The notes below the pieces were generated by a model. The model did not search any database, was not told where the DNA came from, and worked only from the letters and a program-made list of their open reading frames with translations. From Azolla caroliniana (lineage: Eukaryota > Plantae > Polypodiophyta): DNA of 64,000 nt. Below, one piece after another: positions 35,575-48,430 of the stretch (the first letter of the stretch is position 1; the number at the start of each line of letters is the position of its first letter). The translations under genes and the position numbers were made by a program. The DNA lies in the NCBI GenBank assembly GCA_043228905.1, contig JBHGNT010000010.1, forward strand, positions 3,782,001-3,846,000, read 5' to 3'.

Positions 35575-37868
35575 TTTGACGCCCAGCCGGTCGAACAGCT
35601 CCTCAGCTTCTCGCACATGTTGCTCTCCTCGGTCCGTCACGATCCTCCCTACGCACCCGTACCGACACACTACCTCTTCGATAAGGAACCGGCATACCGC
35701 CACGGTTGTCTTGTTCTGCAATGCACGGCCTTCCACCTGGTTCGTTAAGTCTTCCCGTGCAAGCATCAGGTATTGCATCTATCCTACTCCCATCGGCATT
35801 GTCACCAAGTCCACCATCCACTTGAAATGGACCGCAGGCGGGTAAGTCGGGTGTAGCTCGTCCCGATGTCGGACTACAGAGTGCATCTGTCAGCTTTCAC
35901 AAGTCGTTACGAACTGATGCACGTCTTGGTACAACCCCAGCCACCAGTACTTCTCCTTCAGCTTCTCGAACGCGGCCCATGTTCCGCGGTGCCCGGCCCA
36001 GGAACTCTCGTGAAATGCCGCCAGTAGTTCCTCCTGTTCTTCTTTCTTTGCCACTACTCGGAGCGGGACGCCATTTCTTTTCTTTGGGTGCCTCCATATG
36101 CACTCGTCCTGCAGGAAGAATCGGTACGGCTTCTTCTATACACGGCTCACCTCCTCTCTCGTCCATGCTGCGTCCGACGTCATCGTCCATAGGAACCTCC
36201 CGATTTGGAGCCACTCCCCGTCGTACCTGCTTTCGTCAAATTCGTTAAGCGCCAGAGTGTCCTTTTTCCTCGCTGTTACGTTAGCCGACCTGAAGAAGTC
36301 CTCGCCGACTTCTTCGTCATCCGAAACCATGTCGTCTTCGTCGTTGAACCTCGCCCTCGAAAGCATGTCGGCCATGGCGTTGTCCTTTCTGGAGATGTGC
36401 CGTATCTCCGGGTTCAGGGACTTAATGTACGCTATCCACCGGAGCATTGCTAAGTATCGGCAGGCAGTCCGTCTCGATGATCACCTCCGTCCCAATCAGA
36501 TAGTCCTTGTCGGCCTTGATTGCCGAAACGATACCCCAAAGCTCACGCTTAACTTGGGCGTATCCTCGCTGCCGCTCGCTCAATACCTTCGCCCCGAACC
36601 GGATCGGGAATCGTAGGCCGTCCTTGTCCTCTTGACTGATTACCCACCCGATCCCGGTCGGGCTCGTGTCCACCGTCACGCAAATGGGGACACCCATGCC
36701 GTAAACCACTTTACGGAGGGCCGGCGCTACCGTAAGTGCCTCCTTTAGTCTCCGGACCAACTCCGTGTGCTCCGTCCTCCACTCCAACCCACGCCCTTTC
36801 TTCAATAGCCCGTAGAGAGGCTCCGCAACATGCGCGTAGTGTGGAACCCAGATGTGGTAGAACGCGCATGCTCCTAAGAATCTGCGGACCTCCATGAACG
36901 ACCCGCAATCGTCCCTCATCGCTGAGATGGCCTCTACCTTTGCCGAAGAAGGTTTCCTACCATAGGGCCCGCATAGGTGTCCGACCACCAAGATCTCCGA
37001 CTGCCCAAACGCCGATTTTTCTCCGGAGAAGGTGTATCGTGTGTTTTCGAGCCTCCACAACACCTTCTCGCAGTCGTTGATGTGGTTCCCGACGAACCTC
37101 CAGTATCCGTCTAGCCCGACAGTTTCCAGCGAAGGCCTCTGTGAACTCATCTATGGTCGGTCCGATTCCTGTGTTACGGATGGTCACCTTGTTGACCGAT
37201 TGCAGGTCCTAAATGAAGCGCAACGTGCCGTTCTTCTTCGGCACCGTAAACCACCGATTCGAATACGGGGCACTCGACGGTTCGAGGATGCCCATCTCCA
37301 CCTTTTGCTTTAGAAGCTCCATCAACTTTGGGATGTGAGCTCTCGGCACCGGAATCGGTTTGAGATTCCACGGTACATGCGGTACCGTGAAGATCACCAT
37401 CGGTTCGACGATCGTCGGGTCCACGCACCCGATCTCCTCTGGCGAGAACACGAAGGCTTTCCCATGCCTTCTGAGCATTCTCCGAAACCTATTCTCCTCC
37501 GCCGGTAGTAGAAAGCCACCCCCACCAACCTTGAGCTCCCGTAACATTATGTTGGTGAATCGGTGCCCTATGCCAGCCGGATTCCATAAACTCGGGTCCG
37601 ACGCGACCCCTTTTATCCGCTCCTCACTGCCCTTTGGCAAGGGTGCCGCGACTGGCCTCACCTTCCGGTCCACAGTCTTGTACTTTGTATTCACGCGGGA
37701 CGTTTGATCCGACCCGATCTTTTCCCCGAAGTCCGCGATGACTTCATACATTCCCATCGAACCAACCGGAACAGTCCGGTCTTCTCTAAGGTCTTCACCG
37801 ATCACCTTTCGCAACTCGCCCAAGGTGTCGTCAAAAGAGACTGCCTCCACAGCGCCGATGATGTCTTC

Positions 37869-40840
37869 TGTTACCGGCCGGCAAAAGAGTCTAGAGTGTG
37901 AAACGAAGGAGTTATTTAATTATTAAGGAATGGTTGTAAGTAAGCTATTAGTGTGGATAAACGGACCGGAATCGGTATGCCGTTCCGGATCCGGACCGAT
38001 CCTGAACAGGTGCGGATGGCACCGTTTTGTAGTACAAACCGGAAACCTATTTAAAGGCCCGAATACAATGTAATGAGCAGCGGATAATTAATGAAGCTTA
38101 GTGTTTTTATCTCTCTGTGTTAATTGCAGTTCTGTATTCATTGTTATATCTTACGCGTGTGATTACTAAGTACGATCTTGCTAAGTAACCTAATTAAGTC
38201 GGATTAATCGTTGAGCCTAATCCTCTTGTCATAACACCCCTTTGGTGAAGTGTCTTCCGTAGACACCCTGTGTTAGGCCATTGTCCGGCCCTAAGAATTA
38301 ACACAGTTTTTGGCGACCACGATTCTTGTTTTTGCAGCGAACGACGGCATGAATGGATGACTAGATCAACGCACGACCTGTTACAGATCGAACTCGACGC
38401 CTTGCCGAAAGGCAAAGGAGACGTGAGGCTTTCCAGCAAGCGGTGCAGGAAATTAGAGCGGATCGCTCGTTTTCCAGCGTAATCCGGAGAGTAGCGGAGG
38501 AGTCCCTCTGGTTACAGCAAACATCGCACCTGGACGACGGCAGCGACCTAAGCAGACTCCGGGAAACTGAATCCCTTCTCCATGCGTTGGCAAGCGGAGA
38601 AGGCGAAGCAGAAGCCTTTTCAGCGTATGAATCGGATTCCGAAGGGGGATACAGCGTGCACACGAACTACCGTAGCAGCAACGACACCCTAGGCGAACCG
38701 GAGGACGAAGGATCGGACACCTTACCGACACCGGAACCGGAAGTGCTAAGGCTGGAACCGCCGGAACCAAAAGCAAAGGAAGAGCGACCTCCGACACCGG
38801 AAGTCGAGGAGGAGAGGCCTTCGTCACCAAAAGAAGAGGAAAGACCACCGACGTCGGAGACAAATCCTAAATGCGCTCCGGGAACCCCTACGCACGGTTT
38901 GCACGGTAATTGACTTCCGCGCAAGTACCATCGACCAGGTCATTGACCGGGTGAGAGAGATGGAAAAGACAAGCTCCTGGCTCACACTAGGAGCACTCCA
39001 ACGGGCGTTACCGTCCGATGAAGACCTCCGGTTTCGGAAAGCAATACAGTGCACAACCTGCTTGAATTCCGGACACTCGGCACTAGAATGCACTATGAGG
39101 ACGCAATGTGTAATCTGTCAATCCAAGGGCCATACGACGGATAGGTGCGAGTCTAATCTATTGAACCGGCAAGCACCGCCCGTCCGACAAATAGAGCCAC
39201 GCAGCAGCTGGGATGAAGAAGAGGAACGTTGGCGGCGAATGGACCAATACCGACCGGCATAGGATGTCCGGTATGGCGATCGACGGGAGAATGATGTCCG
39301 GTACGATGATCGGCGGGATAACTACAACCAGCACGATAGAAATGATCTGTACCGGGATTACAATAGACGATACGAACATTATGACCGGGAGCACTCCCCC
39401 GGGTATCGTCAGCAACGGGAGGAATACGGTAGATATAACGACCAACCTCGTCAAGAGTACCGCAATAAGAAGAACTATAACAAAAACCGGTATTTAAAAA
39501 AAGGCGGCCACCCACGGGATCCGGAACAAGGAGCTTCAAGCAGCCAACCAGCCCAAAACCCCGCGCTTGCCAGAGGACCTGCCCCGGGTACAACAAACAA
39601 TGTTGAATTCAGCAATACCCGGAAAGCCTACTACTACTACTGCCGATAGGAAGGCCATTATAGTAATCAATGCCTGGCTAAGAGCTATGACAAATGACCG
39701 GCAGTAAATATGGTAGTCCCTGAAGTGGCAGATCTGCAGCAGGTGACCACAAGGTCGAAGGGCATGGCCAAGGAATGGGAGACGCAAGAGACCATCCGGA
39801 AGCAAGTGACGGAATGGGTGAAGAAAGCAAACAAGCAAAACGTAACAGACTTAGAGCGGCAAAAGGAGAACACCATAGGGCTTGCCGGCGGCAGTCACTC
39901 CGAGAACGAGACATGGCAGGCGTTGCAAGAATGCCAGATTACGTTGCCACTAGGAAGACTCCTACAGCTCGTGCCGAGATTCACGGAAGGACTGAAGACA
40001 ACCATGACGGAAGGAGAATCATCACTGGCACCGGTACTCTTCTCGAATCCGGAGGAGGGACCAACGATGGTGGACACCAACAGTCCGGTAATTACTGCCA
40101 TTGTAAAAGGGAAAGAACTACCTGGCACAGTAATAGACGGAGGCTCCGGTGTGAATGTAACAAGCCTCCGGACGTGTGATGCCCTAGGAATCCACGAGTG
40201 GGAGCCGTGTCCGTTCTGATTACGGATGGCCGATACAAGCTCAGTGCAGCCGACAGGATTAATACGAAAATTAGAAGTCATTGTTGGCGGTCATACATTT
40301 CACATCTCGGCAGTAGTGCTACAATTACAGCCACAAGGCGCGTACCCGCTATTGATGGGGCGGCCGTGGTTGAAAACGACACATATCAAACAGAATTGGA
40401 GGAAAAACATAATTACCTTCCGGCGAGGAAAAGCCAAGGTACGTGTACCAACACAGCCAAGGACGAGCAATGACAAGGAATGTACACCGTTGTATGCAGA
40501 GTGCATCAACATGCTAGAAGGGTTAGCTGACGAAGAAGAAGCTCAGTACTTGCAGGAAAACCCGAAGATCGTACCTCTCTTCGAAATTGACATTGCCGAA
40601 GCAGTAGCACCATACTTACCACAACCGGAAGAGACTGAAGTAGAACCGGATAAGGACGCAATCCGAGAGTTAGGGCAAGCGTAGGAAGCGTTGCAATGGG
40701 AAATGGCCGTTTCACAACGCTTAAAAGCGTCGCAACTTGAAGAGGTGAACTTAGGGACCACGAACGAAGCAAAACTGGTGCACATCGCCAAGGAGATGAA
40801 GTCCGAAGACAAAATGGCGATGATCACACTTCTCACGGCG
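37869..40840 (+). mobile_element. Truncated Tat/Ogre-like gypsy element: 5' LTR (about 37869-38305), putative tRNA-Arg PBS, degraded gag-protease and pre-RT region
   Basis: TGTTACC...TTAACA followed by TGGCGACCAC (38311). Knuckles CTTCLNSGHSALEC, CVICQSKGHTTDRC and CYYCR*EGHYSNQC; protease VIDGGSGVNV and LLMGRPWL; EEVNLGT..KLVHIA typical of the pre-RT region in Tat-type elements. Breaks off at about 40840. Confidence 0.7.
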
Positions 40841-41518
40841 ATGTACAGAAAACAAAGGGGGTAGAAACACCCGACACCATCAGAGACACGGATGTGCAAA
40901 ACCATATATATATATATATATCTATATCTATATATATATATATATTACAAGAAGGAGATACAACCTTGGCTTCGAGTTGGACCAAGGTAGGTTAGGTTAC
41001 AACAACAGTCTACTGTCAAGCCGCCGATCGGGGAGCTCTCGGGCTTGTCACGCCGATCAGGGTCTTGCATAGGAGGCCGAGCAGAAGCAAACCCCACTGA
41101 ACATACAAGCTCTTCACCGGACTAAACCCTAACAAACACGAAAGAGAAGAAGAAAGCTACCAAGATGAAACCCTAAAACGAAGTAGGGTGAAAGACAAAG
41201 TACAAACCCTAAGGGAATAAGTGAAAGAGGAAGACCAAGAATTACCCTAAATCTAACGGTATACCCTCCTAACTCAAAATGGGCAACCCCTTTACAAAGG
41301 GCGCTCCCTTCCTTTTATAGAACGAGGAGAGGGATGCATAACAATGTGGGATAAATCCCGATTTACATGGGATTCTCTGTCCCGACTGGACTCCTACTCG
41401 GCGTCATTAAGGCACCCCTATTATTCACACGTTTTACAGGGGTGAGCGCACATGATGCCCTCCGCCGATTCTCCTGATATTCCCTGGTTTCTAACCTTGG
41501 CCCGGAATCTTCACGACA
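40841..41518 (-). mobile_element. Partial LTR of the non-autonomous tRNA-Trp family
   Basis: Reverse complement of 56712-57275 plus 57944-58060; terminus TCACGACA at 41518 followed by ACGT. Confidence 0.75.
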
Positions 41519-41914
41519 ACGTGCATGGGAAGTAATCAGAGTTCGGCACGGGTGGTGCTGAACAACGAGAAGGGGATGCAAGGCACACGGAGGTGAGGGA
41601 ACAGGACTACAAGTGCGAAGGCGGGTTGCCAGTTCAAGTGATCTCGCGCAGAAGGCCGGAGAGGGATCCTCCACATTGGTTCTGGAGATCTTGGTAGTTC
41701 AAGCCGTCGTGGCAACGTAAGACCAAGGAGAAGGTAGGTGGCGGCGAGAGGACGAAGGCGGTGAAGAACAGCGTGGAATGAGAATCGGGATGACGCAAAG
41801 GTCAACGGAGGCCAAGCGGGTCATCACAGGTGCTCCTCGGACGGAGGACACCTCGTATCCAAAGGGACGAGAAGCGTGCATGCAGTCGAAAGAAGGGCCA
41901 ACGGGGAAGCATGT

Positions 41915-42613
41915 TGTCGCGGTAATCCGCGAGGGCATGTCGAAAGGGGCGGGACCATGGGGGTCTCAAACGAGGGAGAAAGGGATGCCAAGAAACCAAC
42001 TCCAGACATGTACCAGGGGCAACCGAATACGAGAGAGAGAGAGAGAGAGAGCACATGCTCAACACCGACTCTTATGTACAGGAAACAAAGGAGGGGAGCT
42101 ATGCACCCAACACCATCAGAGACACCATTGTGCACAAACAGACATGAATATGTATATATATTAAGGGGAAGATACAACCCCAGCTCCGAGCCAGGCTACA
42201 CTCAGAACAAGAACAAGAACTTAACCCTAACAGAGCTTTGCCGCCATGGCTGCGGCGCCCAACATCTCAAGAAGAAGAAGAAGAAGAAGAAGACTACCAA
42301 GAAGTTACTAACCCTAGAAAAATTCTTAACAAAATGACCCTCGACCAAAATGGTATACCCTTGTGACTCTAAATGGGCAACCCCTCTACAAGGGACCCTC
42401 CCTTCCTTTTATAGAACAAGGAGAGGGACCCGTTACAATGTGGGATAAATCCTGATTTACATGGGATTCTCTATCCCGACTTGACTCCTACTCGGCGCCA
42501 TAAAGGCACCCCTATTATTCACATGTTTTTACAAGGGTAAGTGCACATGATGCACTCCGTCGATTCTTCCGGTATTCCCCGGTTTCTCACCATGGCCTGG
42601 AATCTTCACGACA
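41915..42613 (-). mobile_element. Solo LTR of the same family
   Basis: TGTCGCGG...TCACGACA. Flanks ATGT and ACGC are consistent with an ACGC TSD after two C>T changes; the empty site GGGAAGCACGCACACTAC is seen at about 10513. Confidence 0.7.
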
Positions 42614-43405
42614 ACGCGCACTACGGGATCGCGGCGAATGACCTATCGACAGGTCGAACAAGCCTATAGGGAGGCAAACGCAGAGATGGAACCGGAGCCA
42701 ACAGTTCAAACCGGCGAGGCCAATGCGTTGTTGTGCCTTTCGGCTCCTGATCGTTGCGTGAGTCGGGTGGGAACCACCGAGGTTTTGGACTAGGAGGAAG
42801 AAAAATACAAATAAGGCTAGTAAAGAATAGGTATAAAGAGTTATAAGATAAGAATCTCGTGAATCCCACGAGTTTTGTATATTTAGTCAATTTTAGGTAG
42901 TAAGAGAGAATTATTTTAGCAAATTCATGAATCCCACGAATATTTTAGATTGATTGATCATTATAGAAAAATAATCAACAAAAACTACAATGTGCTCCCC
43001 ATCCTTGTATAGTGATGGGAGAGACTAAGCATAGCTACATGCTTTTTTCTAATATGTTCATGCACACTAAATGTGCATGTGATGCTTTTCTAATCCTTGC
43101 TTTTATTTGCTAAATATAGTGCTCACGCACGCTAGATGTGCATGAGTCACTTTTTAGTTGCTTGCTTTTTCTATAAAATATTCACGCACTCTAAAAATGC
43201 ATGATTTACCTTTTAATAAAGGTAGGCGCAAATAAAGGACTTATAGTTATTAAATCTATTTGTGGAACACTAAAGATAAGGTAGCATAATGGTAAAGTTG
43301 AGGTTTGGCTACATGGAGGTTATAGGGTTCGAATCTTGCCTTATGCACGTGATAAATATTTTGATATATTATTTATTTATTTATATGTATCTAAAATCGG
43401 ATGTA

Positions 43406-46400
43406 TTATTTTATGGTTTTCACGTAGTGTGTGGAATACACTACGACACTTGCCCCCTCCGAACCCGCACATCCTCCGGTATGTGCCGAAGTTCTCGATT
43501 CCTCATATCCGTCTTCACCCAAAGCTTCCTCCGAGTCTCCCCTAATGTCGACTATGAGTTGTAATTCACTTTCTTCGCTTCCCGCATCACCGTGGTCTTC
43601 GTCCGATTGCTCCTCGTTGTCAGCCTTGGCTTGGATCACATAGGGTTTGTCGTTGGTCCGATTCTTGAAAATCTTCACCCGCTTCCCAGCTATAGGCACT
43701 CGTAGTATTGTTCCATCCAACTCGGACAGTCTGTACGTTCCGTTGTTGAAGACTTTCCGAACCTCGTATGGCCCGAACCACCTTTTAACGAATTTCCGCA
43801 TCGTTGTATGTTGATGGTCCAAACTACTGTCATAGACGATCACCCAATCTCCTTCTTCAATCCTCCTCGGTCGTAGTCGGTGCTTTGTGTCGAACCGGCT
43901 TTTGTTCCGGAACCGTGCTTCTTGTTGTCGGCGTATTGCTTCTGCTATGTCTGCCGGTCTTCCCTCTAGTTGTCGTATCCGGACCGCTAGTAGTTCTTCC
44001 CGGTTCATCTCTTCCTTCCACGGTAGCACTGTCCATGTTGCGATCGCGGTTTCCGTCGGCATTACCGGTGCTTGTCCGGTCATGAGTTCTGTCGGCATGT
44101 AACCAGTTACAGAGCTATGCGTCGTCTGATCCGCCCATAGTGCATACGGAAGCATTTGCGGCCAGTCCTTCACCTTTCCATCGCATGCCTTCGCAAGTGC
44201 TTTCACGATCGGACTATGTCCTCGTTCGATTTTCCCGTTGGCCTCCGGATTGTATGCCGTTGTCAGAGATAACCGAACTCCGTGTTTGGCGAAGAATCCC
44301 CTAGCTTTGTCCGAGTCGAGTTCTCCCCGGTCCGCAATCACTTGCCCTACGCACCCGTACCTGCAAAATACTTCCTCCAAAAGAAATTGGCATACCGCGG
44401 AACACGTTTTCCTCTGAAGCGCTCGACCTCCTACTTGATTTGTGAGATCTTCCCGAGCTAATACCAAGTATTTCTTTTGTCTGATCCCAGTCGGCATGGC
44501 CACTATGTCGACCATCCACTTGAAGTTGATTGTCGGTGAGAATGTCGGATGTAACTCCTCTCGATGTCGAACCCCGGAGTAGACTTGACATTTCTCGCAG
44601 CTTTCCGTGAACTCTGCGACAACTTTGTACATTTTCTTCCACCAATATTTTTGCTTGATCTTCACAAATGTTGCCCATGTTCCTCGGTGTCCAGCCCAAT
44701 CGGATTCGTGAAACTCGGACATTATCCGGTTTCGTTGCTCTTTTGTCCCGACTAATCGAAGTGGTATACCATCTGGTCTTTTCGGCGCTCTCCATATTAA
44801 TCCGTTTTCCAAGAAGAACTTTTGGACTTGCCTCTTCTTCCTTCGGATCTCGGCTCTTCTTCCTTTATCATTTGTTGAGTCCTCGGCCTCTTGTAACATC
44901 TTTCCGATCATCAAGCTTTCTCCCTCGTATTCTACTTCCCGGAATTCTCGGATTACGTTCACTCGGCATATGTGCTCCGACGCGAAGTAGTCTTCGGAAA
45001 CTTCTTCATTATCCGATTCGGTTATGTCATCTCCGAACCGAGCCCTTGATAACATATCCGCTACCGCGTTGTCCTTCCCCAAGATGTGTCGAACCTCCGG
45101 ATTAAGCGACTTGACATATGCAACCCACCTTAGCATAGCTACATCCGGTATCGTACAACACCGCATCATCCCGAGTATCGGAAGACAATCCGTCTCGATC
45201 ACCACTTCGGCTCCGATCAAATAATCCCGATCCGATTTTATCGCCGACACGACTCCCCACAGTTCTCTTTTGACTTGTGCATAGCCACGTTGCCTTTCGT
45301 TGAGAACCTTTGCTCCGAATCGGATCGGATACTGCGAACCATCCGAGTCGGCTTGATTGATGACCCACCCGATACCGGTTGGACTTGTATCAACCGTTAC
45401 TATGATCGGTCGGTCGTAGCTCGGCTTCTTAAGTGCTTCCGCCCTCCGAAGTGTCTTCTTCAATTTCTTCATGGCTTTGGTGTGTTCCGGTTTCCATTCG
45501 AATTTCTTACCTTTCCGCAACAAGTGGTAGAGCGGGTCCGCTATATGTGCATAGTGCGGAATCCATATGTGATAGAATGCACATACACCGAGAAACCTTC
45601 GGACTTCGGATGTTGACTCGCATATTTCCTCCATAGCTTGAATCGCATCGATCTTTGTTGGTGACAGTCTTCGGCCGTAGGGCCCACATAGATGTCCGAC
45701 CACCAATATTTCTTCTTGCCCGAATGCCGATTTCTCCCCAGAAAGTGTTAGGTGCACATCTTCTAGCTTTCACAACACTTTCTTGCAATCATGAATATGG
45801 TTGACCACGAACTTTCGGCATCCCCGATCATCCATAGTCTCATCTTTTTCTTCTACCGTGCATCCTTTCATCGGAATGTCATCGAGGAACGACATCGTTA
45901 TCTCCGAAATGCAGTCTCGAAGCACCTTGTTCATCGCGTTCATCATATGAGCAACCGAGTTTGTCGCTCCTTGTGGTAGTGTGCACATTCTGACTAATCC
46001 TATCGGTGTTCGCATGGTTGTGATATCTCGGCTCTCCACGGCTAGTTGGAATTGGTCATACCCCAAGTATAGGTCTCTGATGGAGTATATCGCACGACCG
46101 GCAAAAGCTTCCGCAAATTCGTCCACTATTGGACCGACTCCCAAGTTCCGGATCGTGACCTTATTCACCGGTTGCAAGTCTTGGATAAATCGGAGTGACC
46201 CATTCTTCTTCGGAACCGTAAACCATCGATTTGAGTACGGAGCAGTTGATGGCTCTAGAATCCCCATCGCCACCTTCTCCTTGAGCAAGTCAATGACTTT
46301 CGGAATATGCGCTCGTGGCACCGGAATCGGCTTCAGGTTCCACGGTACATGGTCAATCGTGAAGATCACCATCGGCTCCACTATTCTCGGATCGACGCAC

Positions 46401-47047
46401 CCTATCTCCCTTGATGTAAATGCAAACGCTTTGCCGTGTTGCTCCAACATCTCGCGAAACCGTTCTTCTTCTTTTTGTAATAGGAACCCACCTCCAACAA
46501 TTCAAAGTTTCTTCCGAGTCTCATCTGTGAAGGCATGTCTGATATCCACGGACTTCCGAAGTGTCGGATCTCCCGAGACTTCTTTCCTCTTTTGTTCGCT
46601 ATCGGCGGGTAGTGGTCCCGCAGCCGGTTTCACCTTCTTCTCCACGGTCTTGTATTTCGTACTTACCATTGCTTCTTCTTTGCGGAGCGTATCCGGCTCC
46701 ATTTTCGCAATGGTCTCATACATCTCGACCGATTCCACCGGGACTACCCGGTTCCCTTGGCTTTTATCTTCCGCAAGCTCTTCAAGTCGTTGTAGCGTGC
46801 TCCCATAGAACACTTCTTCGACTATCCCCACGATTTCTTCATCTTCTTTTATTATTGATGCCAACCGCAACTTATCCTCCACTTGTCGGTATCCTTCCTT
46901 CAATCCTCCGGTTACGGTCGTGTACGTAGATGCCCCATCCGGACCGATTCGTACATGTTTTGCTCCGAGAGTTTTCTTCCTGTGTGGGGTATCAGGGCTT
47001 CTCGGACTATCATTTCCCCACTCCGCAACAATCCGCTTTAAAAATCC
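43406..47047 (-). pseudogene. pol: pol (RT-RNase H-integrase) in the -1 frame relative to gag-protease, with a few disabling lesions
   Basis: ORFs 46502-46903, 45770-46450 (NRWFTVPKKNG, MCTLPQGATNS, FLDD) and 43406-45757 (VTVDTSPTGIG, HESDWAGHRG..CEKC, DRGE, RWFGPY). Confidence 0.9.
46984..47047 (-). promoter_or_regulatory. Predicted -1 ribosomal frameshift signal (G GAU UUU plus H-type pseudoknot)
   Basis: Heptamer 47047-47041 directly before the ORF1 stop. Stem 1 CGGAUUGUU/GAUAGUCCG; loop GUGGGG pairs with CCCCAC (46989-46984). The -1 frame is open into pol. Confidence 0.75.
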
Positions 47048-47721
47048 ATTCTCACTTGGGACAAGAGTTCCCTCTTGTTCCTTTCGTGATTTGCCGGCAC
47101 CGTTAGGAATTGGACGGATTTCCCACCGTTTTGGCTCCGAATTCGTGCAAAAGCCTCACCGCTATCGAGCACCTTCGTCTCCATCCGTGATGCCGTGATA
47201 AAGGGTTGGCCGAGGATGACTGAATGTGAAACCTCATCTTGCACAAAGAAATTTTGGTCGATCTCGACATCCCCGATCTTCACCGTCACATCCAGACAAG
47301 CCGCAAATAGATCTTCCGTTGCTTTGGTGGCCGCCCGAATCTTCCATCCATGGTTGGTGTTAATAGGCCACTTCCACTTCCGGTAGAACTCCTTGGACAT
47401 CAAGTTGATCTCCGATCCGTGATCAATCAATGCTAGCACGAGTTCTTTGATGTTGCCGATTCGGACCGGAGTCTCCGTAGTCGCGCGTGCCCAATGTGGC
47501 CTTGTATAGTGGGAGTTCGGAATTTCGTCCTCCACTTCGGTGTCGTTCATTAAAACGGTGTTCGCATTCACCCTTGGAGCATTTTCCTCCGTACTTTGTC
47601 TTTTTCGCTTCACGAGATCCATGAGAAGATCGTGGAACTCCTTCTTTGCTATTCCGAGTAGCTCCCGAAGCGAGAAATCTACCCGACTATCCAAGATCCT
47701 TTCCTCGAACACTCTTTTCAA
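47038..47721 (-). CDS. C-terminal part of gag-protease (aspartic protease LALIDHGSEINLMS, VILGQPF)
   Basis: 227-aa ORF homologous to the C-terminus of ORF 60442-62208; cut from its N-terminal part by the insertion at 47730. Confidence 0.8.
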   Translation of the reverse strand: MKRVFEERILDSRVDFSLRELLGIAKKEFHDLLMDLVKRKRQSTEENAPRVNANTVLMNDTEVEDEIPNSHYTRPHWARATTETPVRIGNIKELVLALIDHGSEINLMSKEFYRKWKWPINTNHGWKIRAATKATEDLFAACLDVTVKIGDVEIDQNFFVQDEVSHSVILGQPFITASRMETKVLDSGEAFARIRSQNGGKSVQFLTVPANHERNKRELLSQVRMDF

Positions 47722-48210
47722 GTCGGTTTTGTTAAGAGTCTATTACTAATCAATAGACCAAATCAAGTAATAAGGAAGAAAATAGATTGGATAGAAGAAC
47801 CCGTTCCACCCGACCACCCCCGAGCTATGATCTAGACATAGCCAACCTACCACCGACGTCCCATACCGCCGGATATTAGGATGACTAATACCTTGGAAGA
47901 GATAAACACGATCGTCGAGACGAAAGCCTAGCCCGCACCACCGGTGTCTACGACAGCAGCCTTCCGACGTGATGATCCTTATGAGGGTAGCTAAGCCTCA
48001 TATTTATACCTTTTCCTAGGCCCCTTGAATAGATGTGCCTTTCTAAAAGGCTCTGTATTCATTGGTTGTCTAAATCATGATAGTGCATGCACATATCATT
48101 CATTCTATCCAATCATTAGTCCCCTTTTTAATAATAGTGAACATACCCTTCACTAATGTAAATATTAGTGACCTACCCTCACCAACGTTATGTGTACATA
48201 ACATACTCCC

Positions 48211-48430
48211 CTACTTCAAAAGATTGCACTCTTGCAATATAAAGTGAGGAAATTGTGCCTTAAGCGAATGCTCGCGTTCCCATGTGGCATCATCAATAGG
48301 TTTATCCATCCATTTGATCTTGAATAGCCGAATCTCTTTAGAACGTAAACGTTTAGTACGAGAATCAAGAATTCGTTCAGGAACATGAGGTTTGTAAGAA
48401 AAATCCTCTAATGTTACAAGATTCCTGGAT
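48211..48430 (-). pseudogene. Chromodomain of the chromovirus integrase, out of frame by one base
   Basis: [45 protein letters not shown] ends at the PPT; frame change near 48420-48430. Confidence 0.85.

Larger units (their letters stand above)
16175..37868 (-). mobile_element. Degenerate tRNA-Trp-type gypsy element (3' LTR about 16175-16833 plus pol), split by the Sola2-like transposon
   Basis: Integrase C-terminus at 16850-17601 (KFARRWFGPY, WANRTTHSSVTG) continues at 35575-37868 (INT, RH, RT, NRWFTVPKKNG). Removing 17602-35574 and one TTTG restores FDRLGVKLSLT.AYNP. Confidence 0.85.

Noticed and set aside
43275-43347. Functional tRNA gene
   Set aside because: The anticodon and D arms do not pair properly and the sequence is part of an LTR; kept only as a tRNA-like module.
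45981-46808. Long antisense ORFs (also 62105-62929, 15667-16293, 24186-24899)
   Set aside because: Shadow ORFs opposite GC-rich retroelement coding or LTR sequence, with no recognisable motifs.
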